A stretch of 64,000 nt of DNA from Fimicolochytrium jonesii (taxonomy: Eukaryota): positions 682,001 through 746,000 of the forward strand of contig NW_026515668.1 of assembly GCF_025526975.1 (NCBI RefSeq). Reading direction: 5' to 3'. Shown here in pieces: positions 9,618-22,091 of this stretch. The translations under genes and the position numbers were made by a program. Numbering within the stretch: position 1 is the stretch's first letter; the number at the start of each line of letters is the position of its first letter. The notes under the pieces were generated by a model. The model saw only the letters and a program-made list of their open reading frames with translations. It was not told the origin of the DNA and ran no database searches.

Positions 9618-10255
9618 GGTGGGGGAAAGACCATTGGGAAAATGGGAGTTCGAGCTGGGTATGGGGGTCGGCGTGGATGGAATTCGAGTAATACCCGGGT
9701 GGGGCGAACAACGTTGATTTGACCCGTTGAAGCGTTTGGAGCGACGTTTGATATGTGCTTGAGCAGATTGAAGTTGGGATCGTGGCACACCTTTTCGTCG
9801 GGTTCAATCAACGCTGCAACGCAAACGTTGGGCACGGCGAGACGTTAACAGGGACAGAAAATGTTTTCGTGCGTTCCGGATGCGTTGCATGACCGTATAT
9901 TGACATTGTACGAGACGATATTGTACTACTGTGATTGAGAAAACCAAGAGGATAAGGTACGCCCAAGATACCCGTTCTTCCATTCTATTTGTCCACTGAG
10001 CGACTCAAAGACAGCGAAGGAAATCAAATGTGAAGGACATGCTCCAGGCCCTGAGTGGAATGACAGATGAACGCGTTATGCTGATATTGCTGCTCAGGCC
10101 TAGACCCCTAGCAGCACTCTGCATCCACCAGCTTCCTCAGCCGCAGAACCTGAACCAGAAGGACCAGCCGCAGAACCCGAAGACATTTCCCCGCCAACCG
10201 CATAGAGGCTAAATGCATTGAGTGGAACGTGGTGCATAAGCTGGGTCTGCGGACA

Positions 10256-10679
10256 TCAATGATGTATCCAATCAGCATATCCCCATTCAGCATACAGGAG
10301 AAGAACGTTTACCATGTAGGCCGTTTCAACTGCCCCGGGGGCTCTTGCGGTGAAATCCAAAATGCACCATACCTCAGCAAAGCGCCAAAAGGTGACCGAA
10401 TGATTGTCCTGGTGATAAATGTACTCTTCCATTTGAGTAAGCCAATGGGCTCCATCCACACTGTTGTTCACAAGCTGGGTCTACCCTGATTTGCTTGTAT
10501 TGCAAAGCAAGCTCCAGTATGTTGTTTGTGAAATTGCCATCGTCAAACCATACATAATTTACCGGGAGGACGCGGCGCCAAATGCATTCATAGCAGCCTC
10601 ATTGTTTTGTATGACACAGCAATAGGTTCTTCACAAGGTGCATGCCACACAAAAGCTTGTGTTGGTGCTCGTTGGACAT
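10256..10679 (-). pseudogene. Josephin (ataxin-3-like) cysteine protease/deubiquitinase pseudogene
   Basis: Hand translation gives NEHQHKLLCGMHLVKNLL (cf. ataxin-3 HEKQEGSLCAQHCLNNLL), DDGNFTNNILELAL, then after a frameshift HSVTFWRFAEVWCILD (cf. HWFTVRKLGKQWFNLN). In-frame TGA at 10599-10601. Confidence 0.7.
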
Positions 10680-11716
10680 TGTCACTTAGGCACCGTTGGC
10701 CATTGTGAAACTCATCTTTGCCTCTGGCATTGCCTCCTTTGGGAGAGTCATCTCCAGCCGGGCACTTGACCTTGTCCTTCCTCTTCTGCTTCTTCTTGCT
10801 TTTTTGGGCTTGCCCTTTCCTGTTCCGTTCTCCTTGCGCTTCCCCTTTCCTTCCTCCTTGCGCTTGCCCGTGGGCCCCTTTTACTGGGACTGGAAGGTTG
10901 CCAGTCTGATCAGCGATCGTTATAAAATCGTCCTTTGCGCGTTCGCACTCCTTCCGATGCCTGATAAGTCAAGGGCAGTAATTCTTCTTGAGCTGCTTGC
11001 GGCTGACCTTCGATGAGGGCGTATTTGGGTAGCTGTGTCGGGAGCCGCAGCGTTTGCATGCCCATCTATCATCCCAGTTTGCTTACGCAACCCCCTTGTG
11101 GGAGAGGGGGACTTTTTGATTCCGGTCATGCGTCTCACCTTCTGATTAGAGTTCCTGAATGTCGGAATTTCACACGCGTGGTATACGATGGTTTGTTCCA
11201 GCATACAACAAGCTATTGGTGTACGATGGACCTCAGATCGTGTCAACTTTGAAGACGAAATACGCCGTTAGGAAGTTCACCGCCAAAAAGCACACAGAGT
11301 TCTTTCTCAGCAATGTGGAGGGTCCTCCACTCGCGTCAGGGCTCGTCCGTTCGACTTAAGAGTTCACTCAAGTTCCAACGCCTACTACCAGCTCCAACCA
11401 CCCACCGTTTGCGGGCTCTCGGAGGGATGGCTCGCCCTCTTTTGCTTACCAAAATGCGGCTCTTTTGCTTACTTATTGTAGCCAGGTGCGGAGGGCTTTT
11501 CTGAATTCTGTGTATATGAGAATCCTGCGTCCGAGCTTGGCCAGCCCCTTGCCCCAGCCGCCGCAGTTGCGCACGGACACTGACTCAATCACTGGTGTAT
11601 CTAGGTTTATGTTCACATACTGTAATATTTGAGACAGCTTGGACCACGTGTCCACCGATTTGGATAAAATTCTGACGTGGCTCATGGCTTTCCCTATTCC
11701 ACACTCCCACCCCGCA

Positions 11717-12395
11717 ATGTCCGACGACAACGAGCAACTGTCCCCCGAAAGGCTGGATATCATAAAGAAACTGCAACTCACGAACGATGTTGCATGGCTA
11801 CGACAAATCATCAGAGAACATCCGGACATCGCCTTGTGGCCCGAGTTCTACGTCGGCGGCGATCAGCGCAACTGCTGCATCATCAACATCATCCTTCAAA
11901 TGAACAACGTCGAATGGTCAGATATGATGGGTGTATACATATCGGCTGTCAAAGATGACGACCATTACATCCTCAATTCGCTCCTTCGGCATAGGCCAGG
12001 GCAGCTGCACAAACTGCTCTTGACATTCGCCATAGAACGCTCTTCCGAGAAGACCCTGAACCTTCTTTGCCGATATTTTGATCCGAAACAGTATCTCGAT
12101 GACTTGCGGGATGACATGCTCGATGCGACGTTACGTTTTTTGAAGGACGATTTCATAAAGCTGAGAAGCTCGACCTCGGCTATTTCGATACGATCCCCAC
12201 TTGAGAAGTAGCCCGTCTTTATGCGGACGAGGAGGAGCATCCCGGCCCTCTCGGCTGTTCAAACTGCTTCATCCTGACTTGTTTTCTGAATTCACGTTGA
12301 CCCCTCGTCTCCGACGACCTATATTACTAGAGACTTTGAATGAGCTTGGGTGTCCCGGCGTGGACGCTGTGAACCATGTATGCGCAACCTTGTAA
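11717..12395 (+). pseudogene. Intronless helical-repeat (degenerate ankyrin-like) ORF, probably frameshifted near 12170-12210
   Basis: Segments such as YISAVKDDDHYILNSLLRH and LLTFAIERSSEKTLNLLCRY resemble divergent ankyrin helices; a protein-like frame continues at 12201-12395. Confidence 0.4.
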
Positions 12396-12579
12396 TACAT
12401 TTTGAGGGCCAAGTTCAATAAATATCTAGAAGTAGAAGGAAACGAACAAACGAACAAACGGACTGCGACAAGATGCCACTGAGTCCTTCCGAACCATCGC
12501 CATTGTCTCCGTCATCGTCACACGGAAGTTGGACAAGTCTTTTCGCAGAACTATCACCGACCACACCTGTTTCAACATC

Positions 12580-12820
12580 TGCCTCAGCAACAACGCTGCC
12601 GCGCTAGAACTAGCATCTGTGGCAGAGTTAACCGTGACAGAGCCGGTAAACGTACTTGATCCCGGAACGGTGAGGGCTGTCCCTCCATCTGCTCTCCCCA
12701 AAGACAACGTATTGGTTGCCCGATACCAGCCAAGGATCCGTCCGTTTCCGGTGGAGTCCCAAATATGGAAGTCACCGGCGGCATCTGCTGGCACTGCGCC
12801 AGCGCAGAAGGTAGCGTGAC
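12580..12820 (-). pseudogene. Fragment resembling a viral fibre/tail-fibre-like beta-strand repeat protein
   Basis: G/S/T-rich GDFHIWDSTGNGRILGWYRATNTLSLG..STFTGSVTVNSATDASSSAAALLL; no ATG start or complete gene. Confidence 0.35.
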
Positions 12821-14474
12821 ATCAAGGCACTCGGCTCTTTCGGATAAACTCGCAAAGCTAGCAGCGCGCGCAAGAGCCTGGTGGTAGAAACCTTTTGATA
12901 AAGTACGTTGTCTGAAGGACTATGGCAAAGAAGTGGCGAACGTGGCTAGAGCGCTGAACACCTTCGCCTAGTTAGAGGACATCAGAGAAAGACGAGACGG
13001 TTTCAATTGAGTGTCGCGCTGTTATGCGGGATCATCACTTTCATCCTGCTCCTACTAACCTCCTCCCTCCTCGTATGGGCCGCTCGCGTCTGAAACAGAT
13101 CCAGTTTTTTTTTCATCAATCAAAGGGATGGTCGATGAAGATGAGCTAGTTATCGGGAACGCTGCTCTGCAGCGCACAGAGCAGCGGATTTAGGAACTAA
13201 TGTCCAGGGAAACCCGAACCCATAAATAGTCGTTGATCGAGCCGTGGAAGGCGAGATGTTGATGAATAAATAAATGGATGTAGACTGAGCGGCGAATGCG
13301 GCGTGAGGAGGAGGTGCTTAGTGCGGTGGGTTGTGAGTAAGCGCCGCTCAAAATCCGTCCGAATGCCGCATCCATCCGGACATCGCCAGACCCATATCTA
13401 CCGGAGAGAAGGCAGTCTAGAGGTGGTGAAGAAACGTCCGAACTGGTCAACGAGGAGTGGCACCATACGTCCGCACATGGCATATAAAAGCACAGGGGTG
13501 TTCATCCTTGGCATGTTTTCTGAAAGTGGGTGCTCAACGTTCAAGTAGTGATGGACAGGATACCTCAACATAAGTCGGATCACACAGAAGGATATCGGAT
13601 CTGAATCTAGCTTCAATCTCAATCCCCCATCCACCAGGCAAGAAAATCAAAGTTGTCCGACGGCCAAGGACCCCCAAGCAGGGTGTGAGATGGAGATGCG
13701 AAGGAACGGGGAACGGAACCTCGGACGCGATTTTGGGATATCAAACGCTACCCGGTCTTGGCGTTTCTATGAGCAACATCGAACGACCTCCGTCCAAAAC
13801 TCTACGTCCCCTCTCCGGCAGATATGCCAAGCAAAATGAATCTGATTGGACTTTATCTCCATGTGCAATGCAAATGGTAGGAGGGTTCGATGTGATTCTG
13901 AAGGCTGTTCGCATCTGCAAAATGCGGGGTGTCCATATGCGAAAATCCATACATTGTTGTTGAATCGTACATTGTTCCTGACAAGCCAAGCCTGCGAAGG
14001 AGGGTGAGGAGATCCCCTCTCCTATACGTTCTAAAAGCAGGGAAAGTTAAGCGTAATCCACCAAGATCTAAGAAAATGAGCGTACCGTTGGTCACGGGCC
14101 CCCTTTTTGCAACCCCCCGTTTACAACCCCCCTTCATCCCTTAAATCCCTTCCGTCGTCATGGGCGGAGTAACCTATGACTCTGTGGACCCTGGACGTTG
14201 CAAGGGACCGACTGAATTACTTCGAGGACGTTCCACTGCGATACCTTTATGGCAAGCCACGCTTGGAGGACCCCTTTTTCCATTCTCTTGATTTGGCGAG
14301 TTATTCCGGGTTCAGCCAGATCATTAGCTACTCGAGTTTGGTCGTATAAGAAGCAGTGTTAGCTTCGCTTGATTTGATTCGCCGTTGAAGGAAGAGTCAA
14401 CACTACCTGCACAGACCAAATCGAACAGACTTATCGACACAGCAACTCCAGCAGAAAGCAGTGCAAGTCCCATC

Positions 14475-16437
14475 ATGGCTCTCCAAGGAGCCGTCCTACG
14501 CCTGATCCTGCTCACAGCAGCTCTGTTTGCATGTGTCGCTAATACTCACCCGACCCCCAACGGTAACTCGCTCGCGAACCAAGCCGACGCTGCTGTTGCG
14601 CAGCTACGCCTGTGGGTCGAGGGCATCAGGCACGCTGGGGAGGTCCAGTCCGACACCGCTAGCGACGGCGACACGGACGTAGAAACGGTGCAGAACGCGA
14701 ATGTAGGCACCTTCGACGACATCATCATCTGCCAGCTCCTCGGCGGGTTCACGGGAACGAACTCCCCCAAGAAACCCTTCCACATCGCCCTCCCGCAAGA
14801 TGCACCCGACCGCTCGCACCCGGGTCCCGGCAACGCGACGCTCGATGCCTACAGGGTGCTGCGCAGCGACCCGGCGTTTGCGAAACTCGCGGACTTGATT
14901 GACGAGCGTCCGGCGGTGGTCGAGGCGTTGAAGGTGGAGGGCGCGGATCTGACGGTGTTTGCGCCGGTCCAGGAGGCGTGGAGGTGGAATACGTGTCCGC
15001 CGGGACATGATGTGCCGCCGGACGAGATTGTTACCAAGGTGGGTATAGGTCTGCCGTGGATGTTTGACACGCAACGGTCTCGCAGACACGGCATCTGATT
15101 GGATAATTCAACTTCTCTCAACCCATATTCAGATCCTCCTCTACCACCTCGTCCCCGGCATCCGCCCCGCCAAAACCCTCCACGGCGGCGGCCTCCTCAC
15201 CACCGGCCTCGAGCTCGCAACCCTCGGCGGGCGCGCGCAAAAAATCCGCGTGTTCTCCCCCAACTCTCACGGCAACCGGCCCCACCACGGCATCTCGCTC
15301 AACCTGCACTCGCACGTGGTCGCCGCGGACATCGAGTCCTCGAACGCGGTGATCCATGCGGTGGACAACGTGTTGATCCCGCCGCCGGATGCGTATTGGC
15401 TGTTGAAGCATGTTCCGCATGCGTTTGGCGTGTTTGGCGTCGCGATCAGGAAGGCCGGGTTGGAGGATGTGGTGAGGGAGACGCCGGGGATGACGCTTTT
15501 TGCGCCGAGTAATCGCGCGTTTAGGAAGGTGTGTGCATGCGTCTGCTTACTCCACGATGCGACTTTCTATCAAGGGGTAGACCTGTATCTGACATATTCC
15601 TGTTGTGGTTTGCAGCTCGGATGGAAGAATCTCAAGTTCCTCTTCAGCCCCAAGGGCGCCAAGATTCTTCGCAAGGTAAGAGACATGCTCCCCTCTATCT
15701 CACCATGCCCCGTCCTTCTCCTTGCATCATCTTTTGCTTCCGGACTTAACTCCTCCCTTCCCTTCATCAGATCGTCAACTACCACATCTCACCCTCGCTC
15801 AAATACGGCCCCGACATCCTGCACGAGCGCAAGGTCAAGCTGCCGACCCTGCTGGACGGCGCGAGCATCGATGTGCGCGTCAAGCGGCTCCGGAGCCCGC
15901 ACAGGGGCGATCATGGGAAGAAGGGGGATGTGGTGAGTCCGGCGCCAGCCGTTTGCGTATCCGTTTCTGGGATATATTTGCATCGTACATGAAACGTCTG
16001 TGTTCCTCCTCGCTCACTCATCACAATCAATGCTACCGCCCCCTCCCCCCGAAAAGATCGTCCTCAACAAAAAAACCCACGTCACCATCGCCGACGGCCC
16101 CGCCATGAACGGCGTCGTGCACGCCATCGACAGAGTCCTCGTCCCGCCTCACAAGAAACACCACAAGAAACATCACAAGAAACATCACAAGAAACATCGG
16201 CACCACCACGACGCCGAGGATGATCTCGCCGAAGATGATCTCGTCGCCGTTCACGAAGGCGAGGATACCGACCCCCCGACCTCGCGGTGGTGGGTGCCGA
16301 CCCACGACGCGAAGGCCGATGGTGAGGGTGAGGGTGGGATCGCGTACGAGGATGAGATGCTGGCCGTGGACGAGGACTGGCTTGTGGTTGAGGGGATGTT
16401 GGATGCGGTTGAGGACGGGGAGGATGAGTGGTTGTGA
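14475..16437 (+). CDS. Secreted fasciclin (FAS1) domain protein, 5 exons, with His/Lys repeat and acidic tail
   Basis: Signal peptide MALQGAVLRLILLTAALFACVA; FAS1 motifs LTVFAP, ILLYHLVPG, NAVIHAVDNVLIPP, TLFAPSNRAF, NGVVHAIDRVLVPP. GT-AG introns 15039-15132, 15529-15615, 15676-15770, 15933-16056. Confidence 0.9.
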
Positions 16438-16844
16438 ATTTTTCCCGCCTCGGTGCATACGAGGAGTGATGGAAGGGAGTGATAGGCTTGAGCGGTCATC
16501 GTGTGTATGAGGATCTGGAGAAGCTTTTTGGGCCGCCTGGTCTTCTTTTGTTCTGTATTTTGGTGCTTTTGGGGGGGAATACCCATTTTTGTTGTTTTTC
16601 ATACCGACTTCCGTTCCGTTTCCTCTCCTTTCCTTTCTTACACATGTTTGAGGCGCCCAATGCGTACGACAACCAACAGGCACAGCATTCAATTGACAAA
16701 CTGACAGAAAGAAAAAAAAGCACGCTAGATAAATACCCTATGTACATGTACGAAACGCTCCCGCCCCCCCCCCCCCCCTCCCCCAAAAAAAACCCTCCAG
16801 CGACGCTTAACAACAACACACCGACAAGCGGTCATCTCACCTCG

Positions 16845-19800
16845 CTATTTCGCCCCAGCAGTACTCCCCGCCCTACTCCCACTCCCCCTCCCGCCCCTCC
16901 CCCTCTCCTTCTCCGGCTGCGGAATCATCGCCGCAAACCCCGCCCAATCCATACACTTTGCCCCCGCCGGCCACGTCCCCTCATCCCCCCTCGCCACCAG
17001 CACATAATCCACCTCGCCCTCGCCACACGTCTCGACAATCCTCCCCTCCGCAATCTCCAGCAGCCGGGTGCAGTACTCCAGATGGTACTCCTTCCCCTTC
17101 CTGAACGACTCGGCGATAAAGAACCGCTTCCCCCTCAACGGCTCCTCGACGAACCTACACCCGTACTTCCGTTCCGGCATCCACGTCCCGTCCGCCTCCG
17201 AGTCCGCGATCCACGCGGGGTCGGTGATGATCCACGCGTGCGAGATCGCCGCCGCGAACGTCTTGAGCGTCCGGCTCGGCGCGGGGGAGATCAGGTGCGT
17301 GATGCCGCTCTCCCAGTCTTTGACGCCGCTGAGCAGCTTGGCCCCGCCGAGCTTCTCGACGGCGCGGACGATGCGTTTCTTGAGCGTGTTGTCGAACGGG
17401 GTGGATTCTTTGAAGCCGGAGAGGCAGATGACGATCGGGGGTTGGGTCTGCGATGGGGGGTTGGCGGTTGGGGTTGCGGCGGTAGATGTGGGGGCGGTTG
17501 TTGGGGCGTGCAGGCGTTTCGAGGTGGACTTGCTGGCTGAGGAGGGAAGAGCGGTCTTGCTGGGCGTGGTGGTGGTGGTGGTGCTCGTACTGGAAGGAGG
17601 TAATTTGGACCCAGCGGTTCCCATCGGGATGGCGGGTGTAGGCGTGATTGGGAACGGCGGCTTGGTGTCCATCAAACGGAGTGATTCGGTAGCACTCAAC
17701 GTATCCTATCGGGGGGACAAAAAAGCATTAGTACATGCACGTGGCGGAAAATTCATCCCCGCAAAAAACCCCACAAACACACAAAGACATACCTTCCGCG
17801 CCCCAACACTCCCCGCAACCTTCTTCCCAACCCTCGCCTTCTTCCCCGACGACCCCGGCGGCGGCGGCGTCTCCTTCCCCACCCCTCCACTCCTCCCCTC
17901 CCCATCCCCCTCCTCTAACGCACGTTTCCCCGCCCGTGTCTTCGCCGGGGTCGTCATGACCGTCGCCTGCGTCGCGGGTGGTGGTGGTGGGGCATTCGGC
18001 GCAGGAACTAACCCCCCCATCTTCGCGCCCTCCTCACTTTTCCTCCGATTCTGCTGCTCAGCAGTCACCCTCTTCAACTCCTCACTCACAGCCTGCGCGC
18101 GTGCTTCCTGCACGATCCGTGCATCCACTTCCTTCTGCAGTCTCGCCCGCATCTCAGCCACCGTCGTCTCATGCCCGCCCCGCAACGCCTCGATCTCACG
18201 CATCAACTCAAACACCTGCTCCTCACTCCCCGTCTTCGCGATCTGCGTCGAGAGCAACCGAGCCTCGAGGGCTTCGCCCATCGCGCGGGATGCATCGAGC
18301 TGGGTCTGTAACGCGGATGTTTCGCGCGCGAGGGTTTCCAATTGGGTTTGGGTGTGGGCGTCTAGACGCGCGCGCGCTTGTTCCAGATCCGTTTGCAACG
18401 TCTCCATCTTCGCTTCGACGTCGGTAAGGTGGGTCTTCAGCGCTGCTTTCTCGTCTTCAAGAGACCGGACGGTATCCCCCATTTCGGTTTCCATGGCGAG
18501 TTTCTCGGCTTGGAGGGCCGTGAGACGTGTGTTGAGGCCCCGCGCATCATCTACCTCGTCTTGTAAAGCGCGTTTCGCACGCTCAAGGCCCTCCACCACC
18601 GCCTGCACGCGCGCAAGCTCCGCTTTCAATGCTCCCACCTCCTCCCGCAACCCCGCGTTCTCCTTGCTCTCCGTCTCCTTGGCACTCTCAGCCACCGCCA
18701 GCTGTCTCCGACCATCCTCCACCTCCGCATCCAACGCGCGTTTCTGCGCCTCAAGCACGCGGATCTCGGCCTGCCGCACGTCGAATTCCCTGCGCACGGC
18801 AGCGAGATCCTCCTCCCACGCTTTTTTCTCCGCGTCGTGTGCCTCACGTGCGTTTGCGAGATCTGCTTCCAATCCCGTTTTGGCGGCCGTGAGGCGGTCA
18901 AGCGTTGGTTGGAGGTCCGTGATCTGCAACTCGGCGGCCGCGAGTTGCGCCTCCACATCCTGTTGCTGCGCTTGCAGATCCGCAACTTCCCCCTCCAACA
19001 CCCCCACGCGTTCCCTCGCACTGTCCCTCGCGATCCTCAACCCTCCCCGATCCAACTCCGCTTCCTCCAGCCGTCTCGCCACCTCATCCCGGTCGGCTTG
19101 CACGGCCGCAAGGGTATGTTGTGTATCCGTCAACGAGGTGTGTAATTCCTCCCGAGCGGAGTGGCCTTCTTTGAGCTGGGCGGTGAGCTCATCACGTTCG
19201 GCGCGGAGCTGGTCGCACGTCCCGGTCTTTTCGTCACATTGGCGGGTCAGGTGCTCCACCCGTTCCGTCAAGGCCGATGTCTCCGTTTTGGCGTTTTCGG
19301 CGTCGATGCCGGCTTTGCTTTTCAACGCGGCGAAGTCAGAGACGAGCGTCGCGTGTCGGTCATCCATCTCGACGACCCTCGCAGCAGCTTCGTCCCGCTC
19401 GGCCGTGGTTCGTTCCCGCAAACCCGTGAGAGCGGTCTGCATCTCCGTCCCGGTGCGGACATGCTCGTCCCGGGTGGCTTCCAACTGACTTTTCGTCTCG
19501 TGTAACTGGGTGCGTAGGTCACGGACAGTCTGCAGGGTCTGCGTGGTCATATTCTCCAGATCCGCGACCCGTGCCAACGCCTGCTGCGTCGCAATCGTCG
19601 CCTCTTCCCTGGTTTTCACAGCATCGGCTAGTGCGCTCTCAAGCTCCCCCACCCGCGCCTCCGCACCCTCAACCTTCCCCCTCAAATTCTCCCTCCCTTC
19701 CTCACTCTCCTTCCGCACCGTCTCCAACTCAGCCTCAAGCGCACACCGACGGTCATCCACCTCCATGAACCGGGCCAAGGATTGTTTGTGCGCGAGTTCA

Positions 19801-21446
19801 GCGTCGGTGGTGAGGCGGGCCAGTTCTTCTGTTTTAGCTTCTAGGTCGGGTTTGAGGGACGAGGTGGTGGTGAGGGATTGTTGGAGTTGGGCCGTGGTTT
19901 CGGTGAGTTGTTGGGTTTTGTGAAGGATCTGTTGCGAGAGTTCTGTGTTGGTTGTTTCCAGAGCTTCGACACACGCGGTCAACTCGCTCCGGGTTTGGTT
20001 AGATTCGGCTAACGCGGCCGTCGTCTCCTCCAACGACTTTTTCACATCCTCCACCTGTGCTTTTGCAGCCTCAAGCGACTCCTTAGCCTGCGCAGCCCCC
20101 TCAACAACCGCCTGTCGTGCCTCCACAACCTCCTTTTCCAACCTCTCCTTATGCCCTTCCATCTCCGCCACCTTCGCAGCCATCTCCCCCTGCACCCTCC
20201 GCACCTCCACAATCTCCACACCCTTCTCCCCCAACTGCTCCTCCAACCGCTTCAACTCCTTCCGCGATGCGTCAAGGGCATTACGGAACTCCGTGGTGCC
20301 GTCTGAGGCGTCCTGGTGTGCTGTAGCGAGCTCGACGGTTAATGCCAGCCTCGTCTTTTCGAGGCCTGCACAGCGTTCCATGAGCTCGGTGTGGGCCTTT
20401 TCGGCTTCCTGGGCGGCTGAGGCAGCCCGGGATGCTTGTTGCTCCAACTCCAGCTTCAAAGCCGTGATCTGAGCCTCAGATTCTGCGGCGGCTTGGGCGG
20501 ATTGTTCGGTTGTCAGACGGAGTGAGGTTTCGAGTTGGGTGATGGTGTCGCGAGCTGTGGTTTGGAGGTGTGCTGATTCGGCTGTTAGACGCTCAACGTC
20601 CGCGGCTGCTTGTTGGCGCACCTGGGCGAGTTGGGCGGACAACATGGCGTTCTCCAACTCGGTTTGTTCGAGGTTCACGGTGAGCTGCACGGTTTCGGCG
20701 GCGGCCCGCGCCATTGCGGTCGCGAGCACGTCTTGCTGTGCGGATAGTTCTGCGATGGTCTGCGTCTTTTCCGCGATGACCTGTGCGTCTGCCGCATGGA
20801 GTTCCTCCAGCCGGGTGACTTTCGACGCATACTGAGCTTTCATCGCCAGCACTTCAGCGGACCACTGACCCTCAATCTCATTTCGCAATCTGATCTGTTC
20901 ATCGGCGGCTTCTCGGCGAGCGTCCATGAGCGCCTGCACTTTCATTTGAGCCAAGTGCTGCAGCTGCTGGTCCTGAGCAGCGAATCCGATCTGCAAATCA
21001 ACAATCTCTTGTTGGAGGCGGATGACGCGCTCATGTTCCTCTTTGGAGGTTTGTCGGACGTCAGAGTGGCCTGCGTATATCCGATGATAGGCGCTGTCGA
21101 CTATGGCCAGCAGCTTTGACAGTTCTGTGGGGGGTATCATGTTGTTTGTGCTGTTGTAGTGGTCGATGCTTGAAGTTGCGACCGAGTCCTGGCTGCTGCT
21201 GGTTTGGCGAGACAGTTTGAGGGACAGTTCCGACCTCTGCGTTTCGAGTGCCTGGGCGGCGGCTGCAGTTGTTCGCAGTTGTTTCCATTTGTCTTGCAGG
21301 CCGCTGGTGGTGGTGGTGGTTCTGCCGAGTGTTGGTGAGTGTGGTGGTGGTAAGGAGGCCTTTCTCTTCCTTGGCGAAGTGATATGGTTGTGGAGGTTGA
21401 CAGGCTGACTGCTGCTGCGAGCCGAAGAGGTCTGTTGCGACGACAT
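16845..21446 (-). CDS. Very long coiled-coil protein with C-terminal tandem BRCT domains, 2 exons
   Basis: About 1000 aa of E/A/L/Q/R heptads from ATG 21446 (MSSQQTSS). Intron 17792-17706 joins in frame to ICLSGF...LGGA...ITHLI....RTLKTFAA....WII...WIADS and a second BRCT-like repeat. Confidence 0.85.
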
Positions 21447-22091
21447 GGCTCCAGTGAGTGCTTTTGCGAATGCGAAAGGAGGCCGCCGAAGTAAGTCCGC
21501 CAGACCCAGAGTCTCTAGAGTAGAGCAGATGTAGTCTTTCTTTTGAGTGAGTGCGTGGAGAACAAGAAAGGGGGGGGGGGACGCAAGGGAAGCGTTCGGA
21601 CATTCGCATTGATGAAGTTGCACAGCCACCCACTCCCCTCAGTCAGTGGTCGCACAGCCACCCGCCCGCATATATGTACAGTATCAGAGAGTCGCACGGC
21701 GTCGCACACGCAACCCGCACCCTCATCAAGCGTGCTTATCCCACATCCCAAAGGGGCCAAGGCAAGAGAGGCAAGAAAGAAGCGGACAGCAATGCGGTGC
21801 TTGTCATGCGGGAGGAAAGACGTGGCTGCTGCCGAAAGAACACCCACCCGCAAAAGCCAAGCCAAAAGCCCCCCCCCAAAGCGGTCACTCACTCAACCCC
21901 CTTTCTTGCACACACACCCTTCCGCTTTCTGTACATACATATCTTACACTCACTCAACCCCCACTCTCCCGCACATAGGTTCCTGTACATAGTGTTCCTT
22001 CGTCTGTACTGTATATTTCTCCCCGTTCTCGCTCCCCCGTTCTAGTCCTAGTGTATTCTACATTTCACTCCTCTGTACAAAACCACGAAAT

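Noticed and set aside
12850..14300. Possible Fanzor/TnpB or transposase remnant in the accessory region
   Set aside because: No RuvC, zinc-finger or DDE motifs could be read in the frames examined; the short ORFs are unassignable.
17068..19488. 806-aa plus-strand ORF
   Set aside because: Antisense shadow of the coiled-coil/BRCT gene; Ser/Ala/Arg-rich with no domain.
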